The notes below the pieces were generated by a model, which was given only the letters and a program-made list of their open reading frames with translations, searched no databases and had not been told where the DNA came from. A stretch of DNA of 64,000 bases. It comes from the human T2T-CHM13v2.0 reference genome, Homo sapiens. Positions 1-16,450 of this stretch are shown here, piece by piece; the first letter of the stretch is position 1, and the number at the start of each line of letters is the position of its first letter. Location: NCBI RefSeq assembly GCF_009914755.1, contig NC_060942.1; one strand, written 5' to 3'. The translations under genes were made by a program, and so were the position numbers.

Positions 1-4346
<4,346 letters not shown>

Positions 4347-4610
4347 GGGATAACCTGAAGGTTTGAGGTGTTTCATGTGTGAAATCAATTAAACTGGACA
4401 CGGTCACATATTTATTTAGAAAAAGAAATTATAGCAAACTATATAAAATATGAAGTCTTTTAATATTTTTTCCCAAAATTGTGCTCCTGAAATGGTGGGT
4501 ATGAACCTTTCTGCCTGTTGTATAGAACTCAGAAATGCGTCATTGCCTCTGGCAACATACACCAAGTATTTATGGCATCTATGAAAGTGTCCTAACTAAA
4601 GAGTGCCAGT

Positions 4611-4890
4611 AGCCAGGTGTGGTGGCACACGCATATAATTCCAGCACTATGGAAGATCAAGCAAGAGCATCACTTGAGCCCAGGAGTTCAAAACCATCCT
4701 GGACAACATAGGGAGGCCCCCATCTCTACAAAAAATAGAAAAATTAGCTTAATGTGGTGACATCCACCTGTAGTCTCAGCTACTCAGGAAGCTGACATGG
4801 GAAGATCACTTGAGCTGGGGAGGTTGAGGCTGCAGTGAGCCATGATCGAACCACTGCACTACGACAGAGCAAGACTCTGTCTCAAAAAAA
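4611..4890 (+). mobile_element. AluJ-type SINE
   Basis: Dimeric Alu with GATCACTTGAGCCCAGGAG; TSD AAAGAGTGCCAGTAG at 4598-4612 and 4891-4905. Confidence 0.93.
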
Positions 4891-5484
4891 AAAGAGTGCC
4901 AGTAGATAAGGTATAGGCTATGTAAGCAGCATGCATGGATTGAAAAAATAAAGAATCATACTGGGATTACTGATATGGATATTGTTATACCCATATCAAT
5001 AATATCTATGAGTAAAAGACTTTGTAACAAGAATATTAAAATATTTGGATTATTTAGGCAAAGAAGAGGAAAACACTGGGCCTTGCAAGAAAGGAGCCTG
5101 CCCATTCCACTTTCCCCTGGGCCCTCCTCAGCTCCGGGCCACCTTGCCTGGTGTCTTTTTGGCCTCTACCCAAAGCCGAACCCCAGCTCTTTCTTTTTCT
5201 CCAGTTCTCATCCTACTTGTACTTGTGGCTCCCTCTGTCTACAGCTCTCCTGGCCCTGTGATTTATCTCCTACCTTCTCCTTTCCACACACTTGTTGAGG
5301 ACTTGCTATGCTTTGAGATCAACTGTTATGCTCAATACTTAAAAAATAGGCTGTATTGAATACTGAAAAGGAAGCTGCATTTTCCCCACGTTCTTCCCTT
5401 TTCTTTCCTTTCTTTTTCCTTATGCTTTTCTCCTACCTGGATAACCTCAGTTTTACAAAACAAAAATCAACCCATATTTCAAAG

Positions 5485-5959
5485 TGAGGTAGAAGGCACA
5501 ACTTGACTCCAGAGGTGGAGCTTGGACACCAGACCAAATTGAGGACTAGCTAAAATAGGGAAGAAGCAGACGCACCTCTCCTAAGACACACCCACCAGTG
5601 TGGATGTCAGTTTACCATTGCCATAGCAACATGCAGAAGCCACTGCCCCTTTCCATGGCAACAACCTGGTGACCCAGATGTTACCCCCCTTTTTCTAGAA
5701 ATGTCTGCACAATCTGCTCCTTAGTTTGCATGTAATTTAAAGTGGGTATAAACACGGCTGCAGAAGGGCCTTTGAGCAGCTACTCTCAGTGCACCACCTG
5801 TGGGTAGCCCTGCTCTGCAGATGCAGTCACGGAGCTGTAACTGCCACCTCAATAAAGCTGTTTTCTTCTACCACCAGCTTACCCTTGAATTCTTTCCTAG
5901 CTGAAGCCAATAACCCTCCTGGGTTAAGCCCCAAGTTGGGGCTCACCTGCCCTGCATCA
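5485..5959 (+). mobile_element. ERV1 (MER4-group, MER66-like) solo LTR
   Basis: TG...CA termini, TATA-like GTATAAA at 5746-5752, AATAAA at 5851-5856, end motif GGGGCTCACCTGCCCTGCATCA; family assigned from memory. Confidence 0.75.
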
Positions 5960-8479
5960 AAGGCCCATGGAGACTTTTTCATTCCCTCCTCAGACCTCAT
6001 CCCCCTTCTTCCCTCCACAGAGAACAGAACTGGGACACGGCACACGTCATGGTCTGCTTCTCTGGTCATCCATGTCTTCTCCTCTTGGAATCCAAAGTAG
6101 CCAGGGTGTTGCCTTATGCTGAAGAAGCACAAAATAAATGCCTGCTGGCTTTCCTTCTTAGGGTCCCTGGCTATTGTTAGGGGAAGAACAGTTTTCTTGC
6201 CTGTGTTTTAGAATGAGTGGCACGAAATGCGAGCAAGAGCCTGCTACTTAAGTGTAAAGTATCAGCTGCAGCTCACAGAGAATGCATACATCTAAAACCC
6301 AGAGCTCATGCTGAAATCTGAAACAAAGGGCTTACATTCGTCTGCTACACGATCCTCTCACCATTTTCATGGGGAGACTAGAGCATTTAAAATAATTGAA
6401 GGTAATCCTAAGTATTCTGTCCGAAAAGCCATATTTAACTCCTGATACAAGAACAAGTTTCAAACCCATATTCACAATTAAGGGAACGATTTTCTCACAT
6501 CCACAGATGGGGACAGGGGAGATTCTGCACACAGAAGTAATATTCTCTGTTGCTATTAGGATTTTCATAAATCACAGTGATTAAAATGCATGGTTATACT
6601 TCCTAATTTAATAACACCCTGAGGAATAAAAGTGATGGGAACATAAACCATGAGACTATAATGCATTGTCTGCCTCCAGAATAAAACTTTCAACATTTTC
6701 CTAATGCCAGTGTGGCAGGTTTTCCGTTTTTTGCCCCTCCATGAAACAAAGTTTTACCATCTGGGGACTGGGGACTTTTTTATACAGTATAGCTTTGAGA
6801 ATCTCTTTTTACAACAGTTATAGATGTACCATAATTATCTCCTTGTGAAAGAGAAGAGCAAACGCCTACAATTTCAGGTCAGGCATCACGCAGGTCTCTT
6901 TCAGCTGTCCATGGAGCCCTTACTAAATAGATACATCAGCACAGTCATTTTACAGGGCTGCCACAGAAATGCATTTCTCCGGCATGGCCATTCATTCCAC
7001 TTAAGCAAAACCAATAATAGGGCAAATTCACAATTTAGCTGCAAAACAGTGGCCAACAGAATCTTATTACGGAAAGAAAGTATCTTGTTCTGGGAAAATG
7101 GGTAGATGGGGTCTATAAATCTGTAAGCAAGCAGACAGCCACTTAGTATCTTATTCCAAGACAACAGCAATTCTTGCCTAATAGTGCAAAGATCAGTGTG
7201 TATTGCACAAACACAAGAATCGGGGGCAATATAAGACCGCTGGGATGTAGGCTGTATGTAAATAAAACATTGAATCATTTTTATGGCTGGCTCCAGAGTC
7301 TAGTTACATCAGAATTTAATAGTAGAATTAATGTAACCATGAACTAAATTTCTCATTTTAAAATATTTTATTATAGCAACATTAATAAAATTACAAATAA
7401 AATGTACTTAGAATCTCTTGACTTCAACAAATCAAATTGCGTTTATTTGTCCATTATTACTTCTAGTCTCTTATTAAAATATCTAACTTTTGCTTAGCTT
7501 AAAGAATGCTGCAGTTAAGAAGTACTTGATATTTTAAATCAATACAGAATGTTTAGAATGTTTTAACCTTACTATTTTAACCTTGAGGATGTTTAGGCTC
7601 TATTTATCAATAAAATATTTTTCTCAGAATTATAGCAAGATGAAATGCCATTAAAGCAACTTGATCGTTTGATTAATTACCAAGACTGCATAAGTGAACT
7701 GTTTTCAGTTTTTCCTTTTCACTGGGACCAGTTCTCATCCATGTAAATTTCACAATATAAATTTGATTCATTGATTTTTTTTGATCCCTATCAAATTTTA
7801 CCAATCAACATGTCTGCCCCTGAGCATTTTCTGAAATGACCATTATTTCTTCCCAGGCTAATGTTCTTATGTGAAGTTTTAACTACTCTCAGTTTTACTT
7901 TAGATTGGTTATTTCCACCAAGTCTAGTTTTTTTTTTAAATAATGCACCCAACAAACATCATTGTGGCTAAAATGGCAGAGTTAAATGCCCTGTTCTCTT
8001 TATATATACATCATATAATAAGACTTTCCTTTTGTTTTTCACAGAGTTGATTGTAGATGACTAAGATGTCCCTTACAGCCCTAACTGAGAAGATAGGGCA
8101 CTGTCTGCTTAGATGCAACATAGATTGTTCCTCCAGCTTTTTTAGTTGAAGCTTTGAGGCCCATCTCCTCTTCCTCTTTAAAAACAACTGAGATGAGGCC
8201 GGGCGGGGTTAGACTTATTCTATGAACCCCCAGTAGGGGGAAATAAGACCAATGAGTCATATTTTTCTGAAACTTACTTATGGGCAGGTGTCGCCTCTGG
8301 GCTGATTCAACTTGGAGAGGAATATTCCAGCAAGAGTTATCAAAGGAGAGAGTATGTTTCCTAAGAAAAGTGAGAGTCCTATTTCTAAAAAAGTAAAAGA
8401 ATGGTTCCCAACTTGAGTGCCCGTCAGAGATGACGGAACATGGAAATACTGCCCATATTGTCTTCCTGAAGCTTCCTTA

Positions 8480-8830
8480 CTTTGCTTTCCACATTTAGGG
8501 CATGGTATAAGTAGGTCCACTTTTCTTTCTTCCAGATGGCTACACAATTGTCCCGGCATCATTATGAAAATGTCCATCCTTCCCCCACTGCTCTGAGATG
8601 CCACCTTTGCCATAAAACAGCTGCCCTTCTCTGTGCGTCTGTTTGAGTTCTGTGTTCTGCCCCATTTGTCTATTTACTCTTTTCTTGCACCAAAGGGCAC
8701 TCTAATTTCCTGTGGTGTTACACAAAGCCTTCCCATGTGATAGAGCAAGCCCTGTCACCTTCCGCTTCTTCAAAGTGACTTGGTTATTCTCAGTTCTTTG
8801 TGTTAGTATATACCAGTTTCATTGATTTAA
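8480..8830 (-). mobile_element. Degraded old L1M ORF2 fragment
   Basis: Weak resemblance to antisense L1 ORF2 (CAATTGTCCCGGCATCATTATGAAAATGTCCATCC). Confidence 0.45.
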
Positions 8831-9004
8831 GACATAGTTCTTTCAAACGGCCTTATCCCTGTTAGGCAGAATAAGCTTCACTGCGTGTGTTTATTTATGC
8901 TCTGCTAAATACCTATGTGATGACCTTTCCTTGTGTGTCAAATGTTCATAATCCATCATCCACCGTCCAGCACTATGGGTGCACAGGTGGCAATATGGGA
9001 CAAC

Positions 9005-9250
9005 AGGCCATGGGCTTTAGAATCAGGTCAATCCTAGCTTTGTCCAGGCCAATCCTAGCTTTGTCCAGTACCAGATGTGCACCTCTGGGCATTTAACCTC
9101 TCTGCTCAGTTCCTCATTTTAAATGCCATTTTCATACCAACTGCCCATAGTGTTTTGGGAAGATTTTAAAAAATATAGGTGAAGCTTATTGCATAATGCC
9201 TGGCACACAATAAGGTTCCAACTTTTAAAAATGAAAGCTACTATTATTAT
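9005..9250 (+). mobile_element. MIR SINE containing a 21-bp tandem duplication
   Basis: GGCTTTAGAATCAG...TTTAACCTCTCTGCTCAGTTCCTCAT...TGCCTGGCACACAATAAG. Confidence 0.65.
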
Positions 9251-10688
9251 TTCATGGTGAATTTTTCACTTTCTCCTTTACCAAGATTAAGTCAGTGAGA
9301 AATCACAGGTGTTTCATCTTGCATTTCTGGGCACTTTTCTGAACAAAACACATAAAGATTAATGTATTTCTTATAGCCGTTTCACTGACTCAATCATGTG
9401 ACAGTATGTCAAGCAGTAAACACACATTTTCCTTAGGAGCACCTCTCGGAGTTCATTTTTATCATCACCAGGAGGCCAGAAGGTAAAGTGAGGGGGTTGG
9501 CACAGGCCAGCTGTCCAGGCTGAGGCAGGTGAAAGAGGCTGAGGACCTGTGTGCCCCATCCCATGTGACTCTAAAACCTGACAAATCCCCAATGTTTACA
9601 CATTTCTCAGGGCATGCGCTCATCTCTGCACGCATATTCAGGAACAAACTGACGCCCACAACATCCTGCACAGCTGCAGTGATGGATGTGTGAGCACGCA
9701 TCCTGCATCCCTGCCAGAGCTTGCATGTTGTGCTGGTGGCAGGGGACCTGACATGGTCTGTGGCTGCACCTTTAACCTGCTTTGCCCACAGCCCAGCCTT
9801 TTCTTCTAAGCTCTTCCCCGGGAGCCTGGTGGACCTCCTCGGCTGCAGTGAGCAAAGGAGAGCTGCCATTCAGCTGCTCTCGAACATGCATTTCATTTCC
9901 CCATAGCAGCCCTCATTTCTTTGGGTGTCCTACACACTCCCCTCCTTTCTTGCCTTGTGTTTAATTCCCAGAGCAGTGCTTAGTGAACCTGCCTCGCAGC
10001 CCCAGGGGCTTCTGCAGCTCGAGATGTACCCAGTAGTGATCTGGCTCATATTCCCCATAGCTCACGGGAACCTAGGGTTACTCCTTGCAGCCACGGAAGA
10101 CCACAAAATACTCCCTAGCCTGCAGGTAAATGCCATGATATTCCAGGCACCAAAGGTTCACAGGTGCCTGAAACCATCCAATGTGTTAAAGGTACAACCT
10201 CTTTCCATTACAAGTATTGGGAAAACAGTTTCCATAGATTTTCCCAGGAGAACATTTTGTTTCTGAAGAAGTTATGATCATTAGACTTAGGTGGATGTTA
10301 ATGAAAATAAGAGACAACTATGGAGTTACATATAAAAGTCAACTTTCCAAAGGACGGTCAGATCTTTGACTTAATTTTGAATCAGACAAGATTTTGCATC
10401 TGGAGTTTACTTGAAATAAAAAACATGTCCTTTTTTTCTACACTAGTGGTAGGTATGCTTTCTTGTAACTCAAACTTGTTTTCTTTGCCAGCTGCATGAT
10501 TAAGAGTTTGCACCTGTTACTTTTCTTGACTTGATTCAGCTCAATGAGCCCTGCCTCGTGATTTTTTCTTCGTAGTCAAGATACCCCAGCACAATAATTC
10601 CTCTTGCTTTGCAAACAAAAAGCTTTATCTCTGACAAAGGAGTATGATTAGTAAATGCTTTCTTTTCATGTGTCTGACAACTGCATTT

Positions 10689-10733
10689 CACACAATATTA
10701 ACACACACACAATATTAACACACACAATATTAA
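10689..10733. repeat. Short tandem repeat, (CACACAATATTAA[CA]n) x3
   Basis: Read directly from the sequence. Confidence 0.9.
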
Positions 10734-10999
10734 GATGGTCAGTCCCCGCAAAAAGCTAGTACTTCTACTGGGTATAATCTGTGAACAGTGATGACACACA
10801 GAACTTACATGATGTTAGCATATTTAATCCTTGAGAAATATCTCCCCTTCACCCACTGTGGATTCCTAAAGCCATTAAGTGGAGCAGAGCAAGGCAGTAC
10901 CTGCAGCTGGTGGGATGAGCGATCCTTAAGGCCCAGGTGGAGTGACTGGGGTGCCTGGTAGAGGAGGCAGGGCTTAGAAGGAGTGGCTGAAAATTGGTT

Positions 11000-11362
11000 T
11001 GTTATTGTATCGTTTTCACATTGCTATAAAGAATTACCTGAGACTGGGTAATTTATGAAGAAAAGAGGTGTAATTGACTCACAGTTCTGCAGGCTTAACA
11101 GGAAGCATGACTGGGAGGGCTCCCAGAAGATGAAGGGGAGGCAAGGACCTTCTTCACGTAGTGGCCGGAAAGAGAAAGCGAGGGGGTTAAGTGCCACACT
11201 TTTAAACTATCCGATCTCGTGAGAACTCACTCACTATCACGAGAACAGCATGGGGAAACTGGCCCCATGATCCAATCACCTCCCATCAGACCCTTCCCCA
11301 GACATATGGGGATTACAATTTGAAATGTGATTTGTGTGGGGACACAAATCCAAACCATATCA
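11000..11362 (-). mobile_element. MaLR solo LTR (MST/THE1 class)
   Basis: CCTGAGACTGGGTAATTTATGAAGAAAAGAGG...GAGAACTCACTCACTATCACGAGAACAGC...CCAAACCATATCA. Confidence 0.9.
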
Positions 11363-11374
11363 GTTTTTTTTAAT

Positions 11375-11790
11375 GCTGTACCCATTTAATGCTTGACCCG
11401 ATTTTGAGGATAGAGGCTGGTCAGTTCCCTTCCTGAGCAGTTAAGTCCACACCCCAACCAGTTCCCTTATCAGGCTCTCATCGTCAATGTCCACTATGTG
11501 CCAGCCTTAATGGCTCCGGGGCCAGGTACCAGACAACTAGGATATGCCCACAGAATTATTCAAGTCAGCCAATCCACAGGGAGGCTGCCAGACCTAGCTA
11601 GTCTCCCTCCACATCCAGCTCACCATTAATAGGCTGCTTCTGCAATGCCAGCTTGCTGTTACCCTGTCCCCAGGGGCAACCCCCAAGCAGCCCTATCTGG
11701 CAGCCTTCTCTCATTTGGAGCTGCAAGTAACCACGAGTTCTGCCCATCATCCATCCGAATGCCAGGATGTTGTGGGCATGAAAAGTAATC
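11375..11790 (+). mobile_element. ERVL-type LTR (MER54/MER73/MER74-like)
   Basis: TTCCCTTATCAGGCTCTCA...GGGCCAGGTACCAGACAACTAGG...AATTATTCAAGTCAGCCAATCC; boundaries approximate. Confidence 0.55.
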
Positions 11791-12161
11791 TTTAATCCTA
11801 TAGGTCAGTGGTTGAGTGTGACATTTCTGAGCCTCAGTAGATGAGAGGGCCGCACAAACAGGAGTGGGCGCCCTGAGGCATGAGGGGTGGGGGCCCTGGC
11901 ATAGTGCAGAGGGTCTCCTTGTGCCTGAGCCTCTCATCACAATCTGTCAGAGCCCAGGAGAGGAAGCGAGGCATCTGCAGGAGAGGTGTGATGGGAGATG
12001 GGATGGGATGCCCCGAGGAGGAAAGAGATTCAGGATGATGGGAGTCAGGTGGGCATGCGAGCACCAAGCATCCAAAGGAGAAAACAAGAATGACCTTGTG
12101 GTGCTGTGTTGAAACTGAAGATACAGGAGTGAATTCGTGCTTTTCAATATCTGCGGATATA

Positions 12162-12240
12162 TTAAGTTCGTGCATAAGTAATTGCGGTTTTCGCCATTAA
12201 AAGTAATGGCAAAACCGCAATTACTTTTGCAACAACCTAA
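12162..12240. mobile_element. MADE1 MITE (Hsmar1/mariner derivative)
   Basis: 79-bp near-palindrome TTAAGTTCGTGCATAAGTAATTGCGGTTTTCGCCATTA-AAAG-TAATGGCAAAACCGCAATTACTTTTGCAACAACCTAA, preceded by TA. Confidence 0.95.
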
Positions 12241-12399
12241 AAAAAGGATATAAGTGAATGTGTAGCATACATATGAGGGGGAATACTTACATTCCTGATG
12301 CTGTTCTTGGAGAGGAAGTGAAGCAGTGACACCTCAGTAGGAATGAGCATGCCTGGCACCCACATCTTTGTTTCCAAATACTCTCCACCAGAAGGAAGC

Positions 12400-13700
12400 C
12401 ACGCTCTTTGAAGAAAGGCTGATTCCAGGGCTGTGGCAGGGAAAGTACAGGATGAGTCTGAACCACCTTATTCCAGAAAGGAAGTGTCCAGAGAGTGATG
12501 GGGGACATATCACTAGCCAGGGCTTCTGCCAGACAGACCTGAGAAAATTTGAGCACAGAAATAAATAATAATGGTAACTGATGACAACCCAGTGAGGAAA
12601 AAAAGAAAACCATGATTCTATACTGATAGAAACAAATAAATATGTTAAAAGTTTGCCAATGAATAGGACAGTTACCTAGTTTCAAAGTACCTCCCACAAA
12701 ATAATCATCACTAAGGTGGGAAAAGTAACCAGAGAAGATGCCAGACACCATTCTCATCCAGGGCCTGCAGGGAACAGTTTGGTAAGGGGACAAATTGAAA
12801 TCCTATGACCCCGATAGGACACAGTGAGAACACAGCACCACTTCTGCAATATTTTCTGACAAAGATGCTGTATTAGTCCATTCTCATGCTGCCATGAAGA
12901 GATACCTGAGACTGGGCAATTTATAAAGAAAAGAGGTTTAATGGACTCACAGTTCTGTATGGCTGGAGAGGCCTCAGGAAACTTACATTCATGGTGGAAG
13001 GGGAAGCAAACATGTCCTTCTTCACATGGCAGCAACAAGGAGAGTGTAGAACGAAGTGGGGGAGAAGCCCCTTATAAAATCATCAGATCTCATGAGAACT
13101 CACTATCATGAGAACAGCATGGAGGTAACTGCCCCTATGATTCAATTACCTCCCACCAGGTCCCTCCCACAACACGTGGGAATTATGGAAACTACAATTC
13201 AATATGAGATGTGGTGGGAACACAGCCAAACAGTATCAAATACATATTATCAGACAAGCTCATATTGAGGGACATTCTTTTAAATAACTGGCCTGTGACA
13301 TTCAAAAGTATCAAGGTCGTAATAGTCAAGAAGCCTGGTGAGCCATTCCAGAGTGAAGGGGAGGAGAGCCATGGGCCAACCAAACACAGCACCTGATCCT
13401 GAACTGGACCTTCTGCTATGAGGTCATTACTGGGACAACTGGGGAAACGTGAATGGGGGCGGTCTAAGCATGAGATCATTGTCATCAGTTGTGTTGATCT
13501 CCTGATTGTGGTGGCTGTGATTATGTTATTAGGAAACTATCCTTGTTTGTAGGAAATATACATTAAAGTATTGAGAGGTGATGGGGCAACCTGTTAGCAA
13601 CTTACTCTCAAATGATTCAGTCATTTAAAAAAAAGTTATTTGAACTGCACTTGTAACAGTTCTGTAAGTTTTGAGAGTGCTTCAAAAGAAAAAAACTAAA
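12400..13700 (+). mobile_element. Old L1MC-type 3' end, interrupted by a THE1 LTR
   Basis: GCTGATTCCAGGGCTGTGGCAGGGAAAGTACAGGATGAG...GCAACTTACTCTCAAATGATTCAG; A-rich end. Confidence 0.7.
12869..13238 (-). mobile_element. THE1 (C/D-like) MaLR solo LTR
   Basis: TGTATTAGTCCATTCTCATGCTG...AATGGACTCACAGTTC...CACAGCCAAACAGTATCA. Confidence 0.92.
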
Positions 13701-14488
13701 AATAATTATCAAACTGAACTCCTTGATTTAAAAAAAATATATATTGTCTTGTCATTTAGGAACCTGGAGAAAGACATTTTTAAGTGTCTCCCAAAGTAGA
13801 TTTCCCAGTTGTTTTCAAATTGCTAACGTTTGGAAAGCTCTGGTCACCTAAATACTACTAAGGTAAATTATTTTCCCCTAAGATCTTTTGCTTCATGTCC
13901 TGGTCCACTTCCCTTTCTCACACCCTTAATCATAGGAGGCCAAAAGCACACAAATGTTACTTCTGCTCAGATTCCCACCACGACCTCCCACCTGTTATCC
14001 CTGCCTTCACGTCCTCCTGCTCCAATCCATCCTTTCCCATCTGTGTGGAAACCACGTCCAACCAATGACAGTTTGCTTTGGCCAAATGGAGGTGGAGTAG
14101 TTTAGAAACAAAATTTTCATTTATATTCTGATTTATATCTTCCTATTATTTGAATGTATTACCTTTGTATATGAAAACAAAGCAAAACATTTAAGAACTT
14201 CCGATCATGTAAAGAATCAAGTCCAACTCTATCTGGACATGCTGTTCCCTTCTCAGCATGGCCCAAGCTGTGGCAGGTTTACTTTCTCCAGGCTGTAACC
14301 ACAGCAAGCCCCTCTCCACACCCTTTACACGAGGGACTCTTGTGCAACCCTGGGCTCTTGTGAAATGGGAGAATTCTCCTGTGAAGAAACTGGCAGCCCT
14401 AAAGAACAGACTTCCTAATACGCATATTTGGAGGTCCCAGTACCAAACGCAGTGCAGGGCCCAATTACTCCAGTGTACCCATCAGTTG

Positions 14489-14548
14489 ACAAGTGGGTCC
14501 CCTCGGCAGACCTCCTGCACAAGTGGGTTCCCTCGGCTGACCTCCTGC
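14489..14548. repeat. 30-bp tandem duplication (2 mismatches)
   Basis: ACAAGTGGGTCCCCTCGGCAGACCTCCTGC / ACAAGTGGGTTCCCTCGGCTGACCTCCTGC. Confidence 0.9.
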
Positions 14549-14683
14549 TGCACTTCTGAGGGCCTCAGTCTTAAATATGAGCAGACACAGAGGCTCCAAC
14601 AGGCAACCCTGAGAGCAAGGCAAATAGACTGACAAAGACAGCCTGAATTCCACAAAACAAAGGGCATGGGAAGATGTGAAAAC

Positions 14684-15360
14684 CTTTTTTTTTTTTTGTT
14701 AACTTTTTACTTTGAAACAATTTCAGGTTTACAAAACAGTTGCAAAAATATAACAAAGTTTTCCCATATGCCCGTCATTCAGACTCACCAAATGGTGACG
14801 TCACATTTTGATATTAAAGTCAGGAAATGAATGCTGACATGCTATAAACTACAGCCCTTTTCGCATTTCACCTGTGGTTCCATTAGTGCCATCTTCTGAT
14901 CCAGGATCCCATCTGAGATCACGCGTTGCTTTCATCTGCCCCCTCCAGTCGAGGAGACATTGCCTTTTATGACCCCGACACTTTTAAAGGGGAATGTAGA
15001 CTACAAGTACAAATTTAAGTGCAGAGTTCCCTCCAACCTATATTTGTCTGATGTTTCCCCATGTTACCATCCTTGTTATACATTTTTGATAAAATGCCAC
15101 AAAGTGATAAGGTGTCTTTCTCATGGCATGATCAGGAGGCAAACGTCTGCCCATTGCTGACGCTGCTAAGCACTGGTTAAGGTGCTGTCCTAGGCTCCTT
15201 CACTGTGAACTTCCTATTTTTTCCTTTGTAACTAATATTATTTTGTGGCAAAATCTTTGAGACTATGTCAATATCTCCTTTCTCATCATACTTTCACCCA
15301 CATATTTTAGTATCTACTGAAGAGTCTTGCCTAAGACTATTATTACTACTATGGTTTTGC
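14684..15360 (-). mobile_element. Old L1MC/L1ME 3' end
   Basis: T-run, then ACTTTTTACTTTGAAACAATTTCAGGTTTACAAAACAGTTGCAAAAATA, typical of an antisense L1M tail. Confidence 0.7.
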
Positions 15361-15417
15361 CAAATAGTTAAGATAAAAACTTTATTGAAAACTGAAATCA
15401 ATAACCTAGAGATGTGT

Positions 15418-15628
15418 GCAGAACTTGGCAAACTACAGCCTGAAGGCCAAATTCAGCTGCTGTTTTTATAAATAAAGTCTTTTTGGAACACAACCATGCC
15501 CATTTGTGTACCACCTATAGCTGACTTCACACGACAATGGCACAGTTGAGGAGTTACAGCAGACACCATATGGCCCACAAAGCCTCAATTATTATCTGGC
15601 CTGTGCAGAAAAAGTTTGCCAACACCTG
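15418..15628. mobile_element. MER58A-like hAT-Charlie DNA transposon
   Basis: TIR-like CAGAACTTGGCAAACT...AGTTTGCCAACACCTG; internal AAATAAAGTCTTTTTGGAACACAACCATGCCC. Confidence 0.85.
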
Positions 15629-15649
15629 CTTTAGAGAAAATATTACATT

Positions 15650-16450
15650 TATAAAACAGACACAAATGCTTTAGAAGGAACTAGAAAACAGAGTTCTTAC
15701 AAAGTAAAACCCTGATCATCAAAATAAAAAATAAAATACAAAAATGATGCAATATTCCATAAAGCAGAACAAAAGACTAAAAGACAGACGATAAGATGGA
15801 AAAGATAAGGCATTTGAGAGAATCAATCCAGAAAGAATCACAGTTAACAAAACTGAAAGACAGCAAAGAAACTACTGTCCGATTTTTTTTAAATCCAAGA
15901 CTTAAGTACACAAGTTCATAGATAAAAATGACCCATAATGAATGCAAAAAACCTATTCCAACGCACATCATCTTGAGATTTTAAGATACCAGGAGAGAAG
16001 AGTAAACCCTAAAAGCCTTCAGCGACTAGAGAAAGAGAGAAGACCACATACAGAGGAAGAAAAGGCAAAGTGGCATTAGATACAGCAACAATGATAACAA
16101 CTGTCTTCAAAGTTCCCAGTGAAAACATTTTTCTTCCTACAGTTTGGTACCCAATTAAACTATCCATCAGATATTTTTCAGAAATTCATAGATTCAAAAT
16201 ATATCTTCCGTGTCATCTTTCTTAGAAAGCCACAGGAGAACATGTACCACTGAAAAAAAGGATATGAACCAGTAAAGAGGAAGACAGGATTCCATAAAAT
16301 GGAGGATGCATGCAGGGAACCCCAGAATGACAGCTGCCCAGCATGGCTAGAGAACAAGCATTTCACAGCAAAAAGAGATGGATCTCCAGGGCTGAAGTAT
16401 CCTGGGAGAAACAAAAAGTAGAATTCATAATCTGATATGTTTAAAATTAT
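15650..16450 (+). mobile_element. Degraded L1M/HAL1 ORF1-like remnant
   Basis: A-rich sequence with ORF1-like motifs (GCACATCATCTTGAGATTTT, TACCCAATTAAACTATCCATCA). Confidence 0.45.

Noticed and set aside
6240-8200. Repeat-poor AT-rich stretch as a conserved non-coding element or lncRNA exon
   Set aside because: Conservation cannot be judged from one sequence; it would need phastCons or expression data.
14796-14803. CRE palindrome TGACGTCA and scattered AP-1 TGAG/CTCA sites
   Set aside because: Expected by chance in 64 kb. This CRE lies in an old L1 fragment and the sites are not clustered.
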